Positions 9,211-19,533 of a stretch of DNA of 64,000 nt are shown one piece after another. Source of the DNA: Bacteroidia bacterium (GTDB taxonomy: Bacteria > Bacteroidota > Bacteroidia > J057); contig JBGSTW010000013.1 of NCBI GenBank assembly GCA_041753595.1, positions 1 through 64,000 of the forward strand, written 5' to 3'. The first letter of the stretch is position 1; each line of letters begins with the position of its first letter. Below the pieces are notes generated by a model. It was given only the letters and a program-made list of their open reading frames with translations, searched no databases and was not told the DNA's origin. Both the position numbers and the translations under genes were made by a program.

Positions 9211-12184
9211 GCTTCAATACCCGGATAGCCTGGCTGCGATCGGCGGACTGAACCTGTAGCAGGTACACCCCGTCGGGCAGCGAGTGGATATCAACTTTCA
9301 CAGAAGCCTTTGAAATCTGCTGAACCTTTTGCTCCCAAACAACCCTGCCCGTGAGGTCGAGCAGGCGAATGCTGAGTGGGGTAGTTTCCTGCAAATGTAT
9401 ATCGAGGGTGTACAATCCGTTTCCAGGGTTAGGAAAGAGGCTGATTTCCTCATCAGAAAAGGAATCCTGAATACCAGTTGAAACTCCGTTTACCTGTATG
9501 GTTTTGCTCGCCACGCCAAAGCAGGTACCTGCCACGGTAGCACTCAGGGTAACGAGGTAGGTGCCAGGAGCGGTGTAGGTATGCGTGGTGGAAAAGGAGG
9601 TGCTGGTGCTTCCGTCGCCAAAATCCCAGCTACGGTCGGTTGATCCCGGGGTAATGTCCACAAACTGAACATCGCCCGAAACAGACAGATCCACCAGTGA
9701 GTCGCTCACCCCAATGCCCGGAGATACCTGGCCAGCGGTAGTGACCGCATCCACAGCTACCCGGTTACACGAAGGATTGTAGGCAATTTTCCAGTCGTAG
9801 AAGTAGTAGTAATTGCTGGAGTTATCGGTGGCCCTGTTGATGCTGACCACACCGGGCACCTGGATCGGATAGGTGGTGCTGGCGGTCATTTTCAGGTTTG
9901 CAGAACCCGATGCGGCCAGTACATAGCCTGTACCGGCAGGCACATTGAAGCCGAGCTGCATTTTTACAACAGAGTCTTTTTGCAGGAAGACTGACTTGCT
10001 GGCAATGACCGACCCCTGGCTGTTCAAAAGCTGCACCACACGCAAACCGGCAAACCTGGCATAGAAAGTAACCGATTCGAGGGTGAAGCCCTGGATCGCA
10101 TCAAATTCAAGGCCTGGCGCTATCTGGATACCGTAAGTATCGTTGGGGTTAGGCGCAAGTAATCCGGTACTTCCAACTTCTCCGCCTTCAGCATAAAAAA
10201 TGCGGTTACCGTTAAGAGAAGGCGTTACATAAACTGGTCCTTTGCCCACAGAAGCACCCGCGGCCGGTACATCAAACCACTGAATAATGCCGGTGTTTCC
10301 GGTGAGGTTGGCGATCAGGCGTGCACGGTTATTTACACAAACGGTATCTCCTACGGCAGTAACGGCGGGTCCGGTTGCTACGGTAAAGTTGCGCACCAGT
10401 TTGTTGTCCAGCGGGCGGTCGTCCACCGTGCCGTTGGGCATTTTCACTTCGATGGTGAGGGTGTATGAGCCATTAGGAAGAGTAAGCGCCGAAAGCGGAA
10501 TAGGCAGGATATTATTTTTGGGCAAGTTGCCTGTCCAGCTGATAGAGTCAACCACGCCTGTAGAGTACGTGTAGATAATTTTAGCCGAAGTCAGCACATT
10601 GTTCCCCTGGTTTTTGAGAATGAAGAAAGGGAAAACATTGTTGGTACATACCCTTGGATTCAGGTTGGCGATATCAGAGGCTACGGCGTCATTTTGTTGT
10701 TGCACAATCACTGGCTGGTTGCCCTGGGTAATCAGGTACTGGTAAGCAGCATACACGTTAATGATGCCCCGGCCATATTGGTTGTCCTCACCCGGAACCC
10801 CTAGGTCCACTGCGGTATTATACAAAGCGAGTTTGAGGGTAGTGCCAGAGAGGTTGGGGAAAGCTTCTTTGAGCAAAAGGATGGCACCGGTTACGTGAGG
10901 AGCCGCCATAGAGGTGCCGCTGAGCTGTCCGTAGGTATTGCCCGGAAGCGAGGAGCGCACGTTTACGCCCGGAGCAGAAACCTCAGGCTTGATACGCAGG
11001 GCTTGGTCAGTGGTGGCACAGAGGCTAGGGCCACGGCTGGAAAAGCTGGCAATCGGAAAATTAGCTGCTTGTGCATTCACCGCACCAATGCTGAATACAT
11101 TCACCAGGTCGGTGTTAATAACTGCCGGAGAACCGATGGTAAGCGAGTCCGGGCCATTATTTCCTGCCGAGAACACGAGGGCAATACCCGCAGCTTCTAC
11201 GGCATCGAATACCGCTTTGCGGCCATCGAAGCAGGAATTAGAACTGGCAGTGCTGCCCCATGAATTGTTGATTACATCGGGCATGTCGTTGCTGGTAGCT
11301 ACGTTTCCATCCGGATTAATGGCCCACTGCATGGCCTGGGTAAGGCTGTATGCCGCGCATTTTCCTTCGAAATCAGTTACCCCCGTAGCGGCCATCCAAA
11401 GCGCATTGGGTGCTACGCCGATGGTGTCGTTGTTAGCGGTATTGAGACCCACCGAGGTTCCTGTGGTATGGGTGCCGTGTCCATCGCAATCCTGAGGGAA
11501 AGCACGGCCTCCGAGGTCAAACCAGGCTTGGCTGATAGGCACGAAATTTCCCCAAAAACTACGGGCAAGGGCAGGATGGGTTCCGTCAACACCGGTATCG
11601 ATGGTCAGTGTTTTTCTCCCATAACCGCTATAGCCCAGCTTCCAGAGCTCCGGCGCGTGAATGGCTGTAAGGCCTACTTCGTGGCTGTTGGCTGCACTGG
11701 TTTTGGTAGGAGATGCCTGCTTCGTGGGGGTAAGTGCCCGCATCGGCTCGTTCCAGGAAATCATTTCTATTTCAGGACGAAGGCTGATTTGCTTAATGGC
11801 CTCATCGGTCATTTGCACCTCTACCACGTTGGTAATCCAGAGAGGAACAACCGAACCCGTCAATACGCCCGATTGCTGGCTCAATGCCGACAACAGCGGA
11901 CCCTGGGTGCTGGCAGCTTTTTGCTGAAGCAAGTTAATGATCAGCGAAGACCTGCGGCTCAAGGGCACACCTTCATTTTCCCATTGGTACCCGAGCATAC
12001 GGGCATCTACTTTGTCACTCAGGTAAATGCTTACTTCCTGGTAAGCGGTCGGCGTATCCTGCATCCGAAACCAAAGTAACGGATCGATTTTAGTCCCATC
12101 GTAATTGAGCGGCTGGGCATGCACAAGGCTAATTCCTGATAATAAGAGTATTACCAGGTTGCGATAAAGTTGATTTGGACTCAA
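9203..12184 (-). CDS. S8 subtilisin-family serine peptidase with PKD domain and T9SS C-terminal sorting domain (paralogue 1 of 3)
   Basis: Catalytic triad motifs DTGVDGTHPAL, HGTHTTG and GTSMAAPHVTG. PKD motif WDFGDGSTSTSFSTTHTYTAPGTYLVTLS. T9SS C-terminal domain ...LFPNPGNGLYTLDIH...VYLLQVQ. The start is a TTG at 12184; there is no in-frame ATG ahead of the signal peptide. Confidence 0.9.
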   Translation of the reverse strand: MSPNQLYRNLVILLLSGISLVHAQPLNYDGTKIDPLLWFRMQDTPTAYQEVSIYLSDKVDARMLGYQWENEGVPLSRRSSLIINLLQQKAASTQGPLLSALSQQSGVLTGSVVPLWITNVVEVQMTDEAIKQISLRPEIEMISWNEPMRALTPTKQASPTKTSAANSHEVGLTAIHAPELWKLGYSGYGRKTLTIDTGVDGTHPALARSFWGNFVPISQAWFDLGGRAFPQDCDGHGTHTTGTSVGLNTANNDTIGVAPNALWMAATGVTDFEGKCAAYSLTQAMQWAINPDGNVATSNDMPDVINNSWGSTASSNSCFDGRKAVFDAVEAAGIALVFSAGNNGPDSLTIGSPAVINTDLVNVFSIGAVNAQAANFPIASFSSRGPSLCATTDQALRIKPEVSAPGVNVRSSLPGNTYGQLSGTSMAAPHVTGAILLLKEAFPNLSGTTLKLALYNTAVDLGVPGEDNQYGRGIINVYAAYQYLITQGNQPVIVQQQNDAVASDIANLNPRVCTNNVFPFFILKNQGNNVLTSAKIIYTYSTGVVDSISWTGNLPKNNILPIPLSALTLPNGSYTLTIEVKMPNGTVDDRPLDNKLVRNFTVATGPAVTAVGDTVCVNNRARLIANLTGNTGIIQWFDVPAAGASVGKGPVYVTPSLNGNRIFYAEGGEVGSTGLLAPNPNDTYGIQIAPGLEFDAIQGFTLESVTFYARFAGLRVVQLLNSQGSVIASKSVFLQKDSVVKMQLGFNVPAGTGYVLAASGSANLKMTASTTYPIQVPGVVSINRATDNSSNYYYFYDWKIAYNPSCNRVAVDAVTTAGQVSPGIGVSDSLVDLSVSGDVQFVDITPGSTDRSWDFGDGSTSTSFSTTHTYTAPGTYLVTLSATVAGTCFGVASKTIQVNGVSTGIQDSFSDEEISLFPNPGNGLYTLDIHLQETTPLSIRLLDLTGRVVWEQKVQQISKASVKVDIHSLPDGVYLLQVQSADRSQAIRVLKHE

Positions 12185-12223
12185 GGTGTAATTCTTGGTA
12201 AATGAAAAATGAACGACATGCTA

Positions 12224-15172
12224 TCAGTGAACAATCTGAATGAGGCTTGTTCCGGGCAAATTTCCGGAATTCCAGCGTAATGCATACACTCCATTGGCCA
12301 CATCCCCTACCGACACGACCACATCGCCGTTTACATCGGTCATCTTAGCTGATTTCCATACCAACTTACCTGATAGGTCGTAGAGGTTGAGCGAAACCAT
12401 TTGTTGGGTAATGCCGCTGAAATGGAGTTTCCAGCTTCCGTTGTTTGGGTTAGGATATACGGTAACGCTTGTTCCTGCTGAAGGGTCAGTAATGGAAGTA
12501 GGCCGCTCGCCTATTACTACTATTTTTTGCGTAGCTGCTCCACCGCAGCCTGCATTCCCCTGAGACTGCAACGTAGCGAGGTATGAACCGGCCACCTGGT
12601 ATTGATAATTTACGACCTTGCTGGTGTCTGTCTGTCCATCGCCAAAACTCCATATCCGGCTCACGCTTCCGGGAGTTTGGTCGGTAAACTGGATAGATTG
12701 TCCCAAAGAGCGATTCATGAGGGTATCAGAAACTGCTATGGAAACCGCCAGGCCGCCAGGCCTTGCCCGGGCGATCACCCTGCGCCGAAGGCACGAAGGG
12801 TTAGAGGCAATTTTCCAGTCAAATATTCCCGGATAGGCACCTCCCGAAAGGGTAGAACCCGTAATGTTGATCACCCCCGGCTGCACCAAAGGATAATTTA
12901 CGCCTGAAGAAACAGCCAGGAGATTGCCTGTGCCGCTGATCTCCAGCAGGTAGGTCTTCCGGGATTCGATGTCAAAATCCACGGGTAAAATTTGCTTACC
13001 AGCCTGAAGTACTTTCGAGGTGCTGTTAATGATTTGCCCGAGGGTATCTTTCAATACAATGAAGGCAAAACCTGCACCGGTGGCATAAACCGTAACCGAT
13101 TCGAGGGTAAACCCCTGCAATGCTTCAAACCTGAGGGCACCCAATGCGGGAGACAAAGACCTGCCAATAGTATCGGCCAAACCCGCCCATACAGGTTCAT
13201 ATCCTTCTGCGTAAAAAGCAGTATCGGCCAGCAAAGGAGGGGTAAGAAACAGAGCGCCTTTTCCGAGCAATTGACCTCCGGTTGACCGGGAATACCAACG
13301 CACATCTCCGCTCAGCACCTGGGCCTGAAGCAGTGCGCGGGCGCCTTGGCAAGCCTCACCGGCTGTAACGGAGGGAATAGGACCGGTGGCAATAGTAAAG
13401 GTCGCTTCCCCATAGTTGTCGAGGGGGCGGTCGTCCGGCTGGTTATTTACTGAAATAATTTCTACCTGCATCCTGTAGGTGCCCGGCGAAAGCGAAGGGC
13501 CTGTAACTACCACGGGCTGTACCCCTCCGACGGGTATATTACCGGCCCAGGCGGTGGTATCCCAGTTTTGGCTATCGAAAGTGTAGCGGATAAGGGCGGT
13601 AGTCACAGGCAGGTTGCCCAGGTTTTTCATCACTACCACCGGAAGGGGATTGGGACTGCATACCTTTGCGGGCAGGTTCAGCACCTCTACAAATTCTACA
13701 TTCCGGTCATTGACAGGAGGCACCGGTATATGGCCCTGGCTAACGAGGTATTGGAAAGCGGCGCCGAGGTTGATCAGGCCGCGGCCATAGTCGTTATCTT
13801 CACCTACAGGTCCGAGATCCGTGGCAGAAAAATAAAGAGCAAGCTTGATCTGTGTTCCGGTGAGGTAGGGGAAAGCCTCCTTTAACAACACAATGGCACC
13901 CGTTACGTGCGGAGAGGCCATGGAAGTGCCCGACAAATTGCCATAAGTTCCATTAGGCAAGCTCGAACGCACATTCACGCCTGGCGCCGACACCTCCGGC
14001 TTAATCAGCAGTGCTGCCGTATCCCCGCAAATGGAAGGCCCCCGGCTGGAAAAATTGGCGATTGGAATCGAGGCAACGCTGGCTGCAACAGCACCTACAC
14101 AGAAGGTATTGACCAGATCGAGGTTGATATTTTTGGGAGGGGTAATGGTAGAGATGCCCGGACCACTATTGCCCGCAGAGAAAACCACCGCTATACCCGC
14201 CGTTTCGAGCGCAGTGAGCGTGCCTACATACAGGCTCTGGCATTCCGCCGAAAGTCCCCCGTTGAACCAGGAGTTGTTGATGGCATCTGGCATATCGTTG
14301 ATGGTCCCAGGGTCATTGTCCGGGTCCAGCGCCCATTGAAACGAAGCGATCGTTTTGTCGGTTGTAGATCCGCCTCCACAGATGCCCTGGGCCGCAATCC
14401 ACAAACCATTGAAAGCTACGCCGATGGTGTCGCGGGTGACGGGGTCGAGGCCCACCATGGTACCCACCGTATGGGTTCCGTGTCCGTCGCAGTCGTTAGG
14501 CGTGGTGCTGGTGCCGCTCGGATCGAACCATGACTGGGAGTCGCCTGCATATTTGCCGCGGTAGCGCGCTTTAAAAGCCGGATGCTCCGGATCAACCCCG
14601 GTATCCATGCTCATGGCGATGCGGGAGTAACCCGAATAACCCATTGCCCACAAGGCGGGAGCACCGATGGTTACCAGCCCGATTTCTTTGCCATTGGCCA
14701 CGGTAATACCCTTGGGCATAGTTGGCTCGCGGTAATAGTCTTCGAGAAATACCGGGTGGTTAAGGTCCAGGGAAGCCACTTCCGGGTGAGCAGCTATTGT
14801 TCCAATGGAAGAGGCATTTACCTTCACAAAAACGGCATTCACAATCCAGAAAGGACGGATGGAATTAACTTCAACCCCCTCCTGTGCACGTAACCACTGC
14901 AGGAAATCGGGCTGGGTGGCCTCCGCTTTTGCCTGCAGGCGCGTAATCACCTGAAAAGCTCTCTCCTCCAGCGACGCCTGGCGAAGGGTAAGCTCCTGCT
15001 CCAGCGCCGGAAGATTCACCTGGTTCTGAAACAGAATGCAGATGTCGTAGGTAGCAGCTCCAGTCTGCATTTCGGCAGCCAGTTCGGGGGAGATCTGAGC
15101 CGCTAGCTGTGCATAGGCGGGCATTGCCCCTGCGCCCAGCAAGAGCCATGCGCCTAAGAGGTATTTTTTCAT
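12224..15172 (-). CDS. S8 subtilisin-family serine peptidase with PKD domain and T9SS C-terminal sorting domain (paralogue 2 of 3)
   Basis: Motifs DTGVDPEHPAF, HGTHTVGT and GTSMASPHVTG. PKD motif WSFGDGQTDTS. C-terminal domain VTVYPNPNNGSWKLHF...VYALRWN. ATG at 15172 (MKKYLLGAWLLL); the ORF track extends upstream to 15223. Confidence 0.9.
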   Translation of the reverse strand: MKKYLLGAWLLLGAGAMPAYAQLAAQISPELAAEMQTGAATYDICILFQNQVNLPALEQELTLRQASLEERAFQVITRLQAKAEATQPDFLQWLRAQEGVEVNSIRPFWIVNAVFVKVNASSIGTIAAHPEVASLDLNHPVFLEDYYREPTMPKGITVANGKEIGLVTIGAPALWAMGYSGYSRIAMSMDTGVDPEHPAFKARYRGKYAGDSQSWFDPSGTSTTPNDCDGHGTHTVGTMVGLDPVTRDTIGVAFNGLWIAAQGICGGGSTTDKTIASFQWALDPDNDPGTINDMPDAINNSWFNGGLSAECQSLYVGTLTALETAGIAVVFSAGNSGPGISTITPPKNINLDLVNTFCVGAVAASVASIPIANFSSRGPSICGDTAALLIKPEVSAPGVNVRSSLPNGTYGNLSGTSMASPHVTGAIVLLKEAFPYLTGTQIKLALYFSATDLGPVGEDNDYGRGLINLGAAFQYLVSQGHIPVPPVNDRNVEFVEVLNLPAKVCSPNPLPVVVMKNLGNLPVTTALIRYTFDSQNWDTTAWAGNIPVGGVQPVVVTGPSLSPGTYRMQVEIISVNNQPDDRPLDNYGEATFTIATGPIPSVTAGEACQGARALLQAQVLSGDVRWYSRSTGGQLLGKGALFLTPPLLADTAFYAEGYEPVWAGLADTIGRSLSPALGALRFEALQGFTLESVTVYATGAGFAFIVLKDTLGQIINSTSKVLQAGKQILPVDFDIESRKTYLLEISGTGNLLAVSSGVNYPLVQPGVINITGSTLSGGAYPGIFDWKIASNPSCLRRRVIARARPGGLAVSIAVSDTLMNRSLGQSIQFTDQTPGSVSRIWSFGDGQTDTSKVVNYQYQVAGSYLATLQSQGNAGCGGAATQKIVVIGERPTSITDPSAGTSVTVYPNPNNGSWKLHFSGITQQMVSLNLYDLSGKLVWKSAKMTDVNGDVVVSVGDVANGVYALRWNSGNLPGTSLIQIVH

Positions 15173-15182
15173 GCTAAAATAA

Positions 15183-18155
15183 TCAAGGCGTAACGGTGAT
15201 TCGCTGAACCGACCGCTGGCCATTCAGATAAAGGGTAATGGCGTAAAATCCGGCGGGCTGAGCAGAAAGGTCCAGTACAAATTTTCCTGATTTCCCGTTC
15301 AGTTCTCCTGCTTTGATCTGGCGACCGGAGAGGTCGGTAAGCAACCACTGGGCAGCAGCAGGATTTTCCCATTCGTAGCTTACTTCGAAATAGTCGTTGC
15401 CAACATTCGGCCTTACTTCCCATTTTCCTGGAAAAGCAAAAGCAGGATCGATGGCAGTAGGAAAGCCTTCAGCCACGATTTGCAGGGTGTCGGCATCACC
15501 ACAACCGGTGCTACCTGTAGCAAACAAAGTAACGCGGTAGGTGCCAGGGAAGAGGAAGGTGTGATCCGGGTTTTGGGAAGTGCTGGTGGAGCCGTCGCCA
15601 AAATTCCAAAGCCAGGAAGTAGCTCCCTGCGACTGGTCGGTAAAGGTCACTACAGGGTTTGCCTGCAGGTTGATGGTGGTGGCGCTGGCAGCGATAGCAG
15701 CAGCTACGGTACCTGCTCCCACGGTGGCGGTAGCAGGCGTTCTTCCGCAAATACCTTCGTATTCAATTTCCCAGTCGTAGAAGAAATAGTAAAATTTGAG
15801 GGCAGAATTGTCGAGGTTGGAACCGATAATTTCCAGCACTCCGGGAATCACATACGGAAGTTGCAGGTTGGAGAAACTACGGTAAAGACCTCCCACACTG
15901 CCAGGGTTAAGGGCCAACTGCAGATTCTGACCAGCGGGTATGGTAAAATCCAGGTTAACCCTTGACTCACCAACAGGTACGTTTACAATTTTGGTTAACA
16001 ATATCTGGCTGGATGCACTGCGCAAAACAATCACCTGAAGACCTGCTACATTGGCGTAAATCTTCACTGACTTCAGCAAAAATGATTGGTCTGCGCTGAA
16101 GATCATATAGTTGTTCAGGGTGTTTTCATAATTACCGAGGTCGCCGGTATTGCCCGATTTCCCGATATTCTGGGTTTGCACCTGGGCTGCATAGTAGGTC
16201 GTATTGGCAGCAAGTGCAGGGGTAAAGAGGCTCGCACCTGTGGATACAAGCGTTCCACCTGTCTGGTTGGTGTACCACTTTACCTTTCCGGTATCTACCG
16301 AAGCGGTAAGCAGGGCCTGGCTGCCAGCACATACCGTGGCATTGGTGGTAACCGGGGCTTTGTCTCCGGAAATGGTAAATGACTTCTGGATCTTGTTATT
16401 CAGGTAGAAGTAGTCATTCTGACCATTGACCGTAATGGCTTCTACCACTAAGGTGTATTGTCCGGGAGCCAACGTGGCATTCGGGAACAGAATAGGCTGG
16501 GTAAGTCCGGCGGGTAAGCCACCCGTCCAGTTGAAGGTATCGGGGGTACCTCCGTCGTAGGAGTACACCATTTTGAGAGAAGTAAGCGGCTGGGTACCCT
16601 GATTTTTGATGCTGATAAACGGCAAAATAGAAGAGGTACAGTTGAGGTCATTTATATTCAGCACCTCCAGTACGGCTACATCCACCTCCCGCGAAACAGT
16701 CACCGGGGTATTGCCTTTACTTACGAGGTAGTTGTAAGCGGCCAAGACATTGATCATGCCATTCCCGTAGTCATTGTCTTCGCCCGGAGTGCCGAGGTCA
16801 TCAGCTGTGAGGAACAAGGCCATTTTTATTTCGCGACCCGTGAGGTACGGGAATGCCTCTTTGAGCAAAAGTACAGCACCCGTAGCGTGAGGAGACGCCA
16901 TGGAGGTACCTGTGAGCAATTGATATCCGCCATTGGGGCCAGCTGAGCGCACATTTACGCCCGGGGCACTTACCTCCGGCTTGATGGTGAGCGTTCCGAC
17001 AGGTGCGGGGCAAAGCGAAGGTCCCCGGCTGGAGCCGGGGTCAACGGGGTAATTGTTGTTGTTGCCATTGACCATGGCCACACAAAAAACATTGACGGTG
17101 TCAACGTTTATATTTTTGGGAGAAGTGATGGTGGATACACCGGGGCCATCATTTCCTGCGGCAAAAACCACAGCAACGCCTGCGGCTTCCAGGGCCACAA
17201 GGGCATCGCGGGTGGTAGAAGTACATTCCTGTCCGCCGGTTCCGCTGTTCCATGAATTGTTGATGGCATCGGGAATATCGTCGGTGGTGTTCGAGTTGTT
17301 GTCGGGGTTCAGGGCAAATTGAAAAGAAGCAACGGTGCTTACATTGCCACAACCGATCGCTGGAGCCGCCATCCACAATCCACCCGGGGCTACCCCGATG
17401 GTGTCTCTGGTAGCAGGATTGAGTCCCATGATCGTACCGGTCACGTGCGAGCCGTGGTTAGAACTGGGATCACAATCGGCAGGAAATGTGGTTCCGTTGT
17501 TGCTGTACCATGCCTGGCTGCCGGGTTTAAAATTTCCGAGGTAGCCCGCCTTGAGCGCGGGGTGCGTGCCTTGTACGCCTGAGTCGATGATATAGGCTAC
17601 CCGTCCGTATCCGGTATATCCGAGCTTCCACATTTCAGGGGCATGGATGGCGGTATGCCCGTTTTCGTGGCCATTGGCTGAGGCGATGCTTGCCGTAGCT
17701 GCGGTGGTCATGTCCAGCTCCATCGGTGCCTCCCAATCGATCCATTCTATATCCGTACGGTTGCTCAGAGCCGCGATGGCATCGTGATTGGCGCGCAATA
17801 CGACCGCATTTACAATCCAGATTGGCTGAACTGAATAGGGCTCAACGCCCGAAATCGTTTGAATGAAACTCAACAGCGGGCCCTGGGTGCTGGCGGCTTT
17901 GGCCTGCAGGGTTTGTACAACCACCCGTCCGCGGGTTTCCAGCGAAGCATTTGAGCGACGGAGGCTGAGCTCCAGGCTGTAAATATCTACCTTATCGGTA
18001 AGCGATACCACAATCTGCTGAAAGGCCTCGGGGTCCTGGGCCATGCGCATGAGCAAATCGGTGCTTACCCTTGTACCATCTAATATAGGTTGTGCTGTGC
18101 TTATCAATGGAAGCCAAAACACCAACAAAGCAAGGTTGCGTAAAACCTGTTTCAT
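15183..18155 (-). CDS. S8 subtilisin-family serine peptidase with PKD domain and T9SS C-terminal sorting domain (paralogue 3 of 3)
   Basis: Motifs DSGVQGTHPAL, HGSHVTGT and GTSMASPHATG. PKD motif WNFGDGSTSTS. C-terminal domain ...FEVSYEWENPAAAQWLLTDLSGRQ...FYAITLYL. ATG at 18155 (MKQVLRNLALLVFWLPLISTA). Only 10 bp separate its stop from the start of paralogue 2. Confidence 0.9.
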   Translation of the reverse strand: MKQVLRNLALLVFWLPLISTAQPILDGTRVSTDLLMRMAQDPEAFQQIVVSLTDKVDIYSLELSLRRSNASLETRGRVVVQTLQAKAASTQGPLLSFIQTISGVEPYSVQPIWIVNAVVLRANHDAIAALSNRTDIEWIDWEAPMELDMTTAATASIASANGHENGHTAIHAPEMWKLGYTGYGRVAYIIDSGVQGTHPALKAGYLGNFKPGSQAWYSNNGTTFPADCDPSSNHGSHVTGTIMGLNPATRDTIGVAPGGLWMAAPAIGCGNVSTVASFQFALNPDNNSNTTDDIPDAINNSWNSGTGGQECTSTTRDALVALEAAGVAVVFAAGNDGPGVSTITSPKNINVDTVNVFCVAMVNGNNNNYPVDPGSSRGPSLCPAPVGTLTIKPEVSAPGVNVRSAGPNGGYQLLTGTSMASPHATGAVLLLKEAFPYLTGREIKMALFLTADDLGTPGEDNDYGNGMINVLAAYNYLVSKGNTPVTVSREVDVAVLEVLNINDLNCTSSILPFISIKNQGTQPLTSLKMVYSYDGGTPDTFNWTGGLPAGLTQPILFPNATLAPGQYTLVVEAITVNGQNDYFYLNNKIQKSFTISGDKAPVTTNATVCAGSQALLTASVDTGKVKWYTNQTGGTLVSTGASLFTPALAANTTYYAAQVQTQNIGKSGNTGDLGNYENTLNNYMIFSADQSFLLKSVKIYANVAGLQVIVLRSASSQILLTKIVNVPVGESRVNLDFTIPAGQNLQLALNPGSVGGLYRSFSNLQLPYVIPGVLEIIGSNLDNSALKFYYFFYDWEIEYEGICGRTPATATVGAGTVAAAIAASATTINLQANPVVTFTDQSQGATSWLWNFGDGSTSTSQNPDHTFLFPGTYRVTLFATGSTGCGDADTLQIVAEGFPTAIDPAFAFPGKWEVRPNVGNDYFEVSYEWENPAAAQWLLTDLSGRQIKAGELNGKSGKFVLDLSAQPAGFYAITLYLNGQRSVQRITVTP

Positions 18156-18329
18156 GAAAGGTAATTGATAATGATCAGAAAGGGGGAAGAGTTGAATTCG
18201 AAAGATAAAACAAGCCCGGCAAAAATTCACCCGATTTCGTGGCATAGGCCCCGCAATATCCATCAACGGTTATAGGTTGGCTTTTCCAGGTTCCTGTCGT
18301 AATTTTCAAAATAAACCATATACAGCCCC

Positions 18330-19214
18330 ATGAACCCTCTACAACCCATGCTACCGCCTGACAGCCTTCAGGAAAAAGTGATTATCGTTACCGGCGGCGG
18401 CTCCGGCCTTGGCCGTTCGATGACGCAGTATTTTTTGAAACTGGGCGCCAAAGTGGTGATCTCCAGCCGCAGCGAAGAGCGCCTCCAGAAAACCACCGCT
18501 ATCCTGAAAGAGGAAACCGGCGGCGAGGTGAGCTATTTTCCCTGCGATGTAAAGAGCTATGAAAATGTAGAAGCACTCCTGGCATTTACCGTTGAAAAAT
18601 ACGGCCGGGTAGATGTGCTCGTCAATAATGCCGCAGGCAACTTTGTATCCCCAACCGAAAAACTCAGCAACCGGGCCTTCGATTCTGTGGTGGACATTGT
18701 GCTCAAAGGCAGCTACAATTGCTCGCTGGCCGTGGGTAAATATTGGATTGAAAAGGAAATAAAGGGCGTGATACTCAGCATTGTGACCACCTACGCCTGG
18801 ACCGGCTCTGCCTACGTGGTACCTTCGGCTTGTGCCAAAGCGGGGGTGCTTGCCCTCACCCGCAGCCTTGCCGTGGAGTGGGGCCGCAAATACGGCATCC
18901 GTTGCAACGCCATTGCTCCGGGTCCTTTTCCTACGCCCGGTGCCTGGGAGCGCCTTTTCCCCAAAGAGCTACAGCAAGTACTGGGCATGAACCCCATTGA
19001 CCGGGTACCCCTGGGCCGTGTAGGCGAACACCCCGAACTGGCGAACCTCGCAGCCTACCTCGTATCCGACTATTCGGCATACGTCAATGGCGAGGTCGTT
19101 ACCATCGATGGCGGTGAGTGGATCAGCGGTGCCGGTGAGTTTTCTTTCCTCGACAAAGTGCCCGATCAGATGTGGGACATGTTCATCGCTATGGGCAAAA
19201 AAGTAAAAACCTAA
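18330..19214 (+). CDS. SDR-family NAD(P)-dependent oxidoreductase
   Basis: Rossmann motif VIIVTGGGSGLGRS, the NNAAG motif, and a catalytic Y/K region. Confidence 0.85.
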   Translation: MNPLQPMLPPDSLQEKVIIVTGGGSGLGRSMTQYFLKLGAKVVISSRSEERLQKTTAILKEETGGEVSYFPCDVKSYENVEALLAFTVEKYGRVDVLVNNAAGNFVSPTEKLSNRAFDSVVDIVLKGSYNCSLAVGKYWIEKEIKGVILSIVTTYAWTGSAYVVPSACAKAGVLALTRSLAVEWGRKYGIRCNAIAPGPFPTPGAWERLFPKELQQVLGMNPIDRVPLGRVGEHPELANLAAYLVSDYSAYVNGEVVTIDGGEWISGAGEFSFLDKVPDQMWDMFIAMGKKVKT

Positions 19215-19237
19215 TTGAGGATAAGGGAATAAGTATC

Positions 19238-19476
19238 AGACAAAGCGGCTTTTTCTCTGCGTTCTCTGCGATGCCACTGCGTTCTTTGCGTGAACCCACT
19301 CCCTACAAAGTGTGATTAAACGCAGAGGGCGCAAAGGTTTCGCAAAGGGCTTTTTCTCTGCGTTCTCTGCGTGAAACTACGCCCAAGACAAAGCGGCTTT
19401 TCTCTGCGTTCTCTGCGATACCTCAGCGTTCTTTGCGTGAAACTACGCCCCTACAAAGTGTGATTAAACGCAAAGG
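19238..19476. repeat. intergenic structured repeat cluster: two ~88-bp units (period ~148 bp) plus a partial unit, rich in internal inverted repeats
   Basis: Unit 1, ~19238-19325: agacaaagcggctttttctctgcgttctctgcgatgccactgcgttctttgcgtgaa...ctacaaagtgtgattaaacgca. Unit 2, ~19386-19474, is nearly identical. Internal palindromes include ggctttttctctgcg paired with cgcagag, and gcgcaaag paired with ctttgcg. Confidence 0.7.
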
Positions 19477-19533
19477 CCTTTGAAAGAAATCCATCCATTT
19501 TTCAATAAATTGATTCCCAAACCAACCCTAACA

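Noticed and set aside
10938-14533. Several 100-200-aa plus-strand ORFs inside the protease genes
   Set aside because: They are antisense to the S8 protease coding sequences.
19238-19476. Possible CRISPR array
   Set aside because: There are only two and a half units and the period is irregular (~148 bp). The intervening sequence is itself repeat-derived. No cas genes are in the window and there are no unique spacers.
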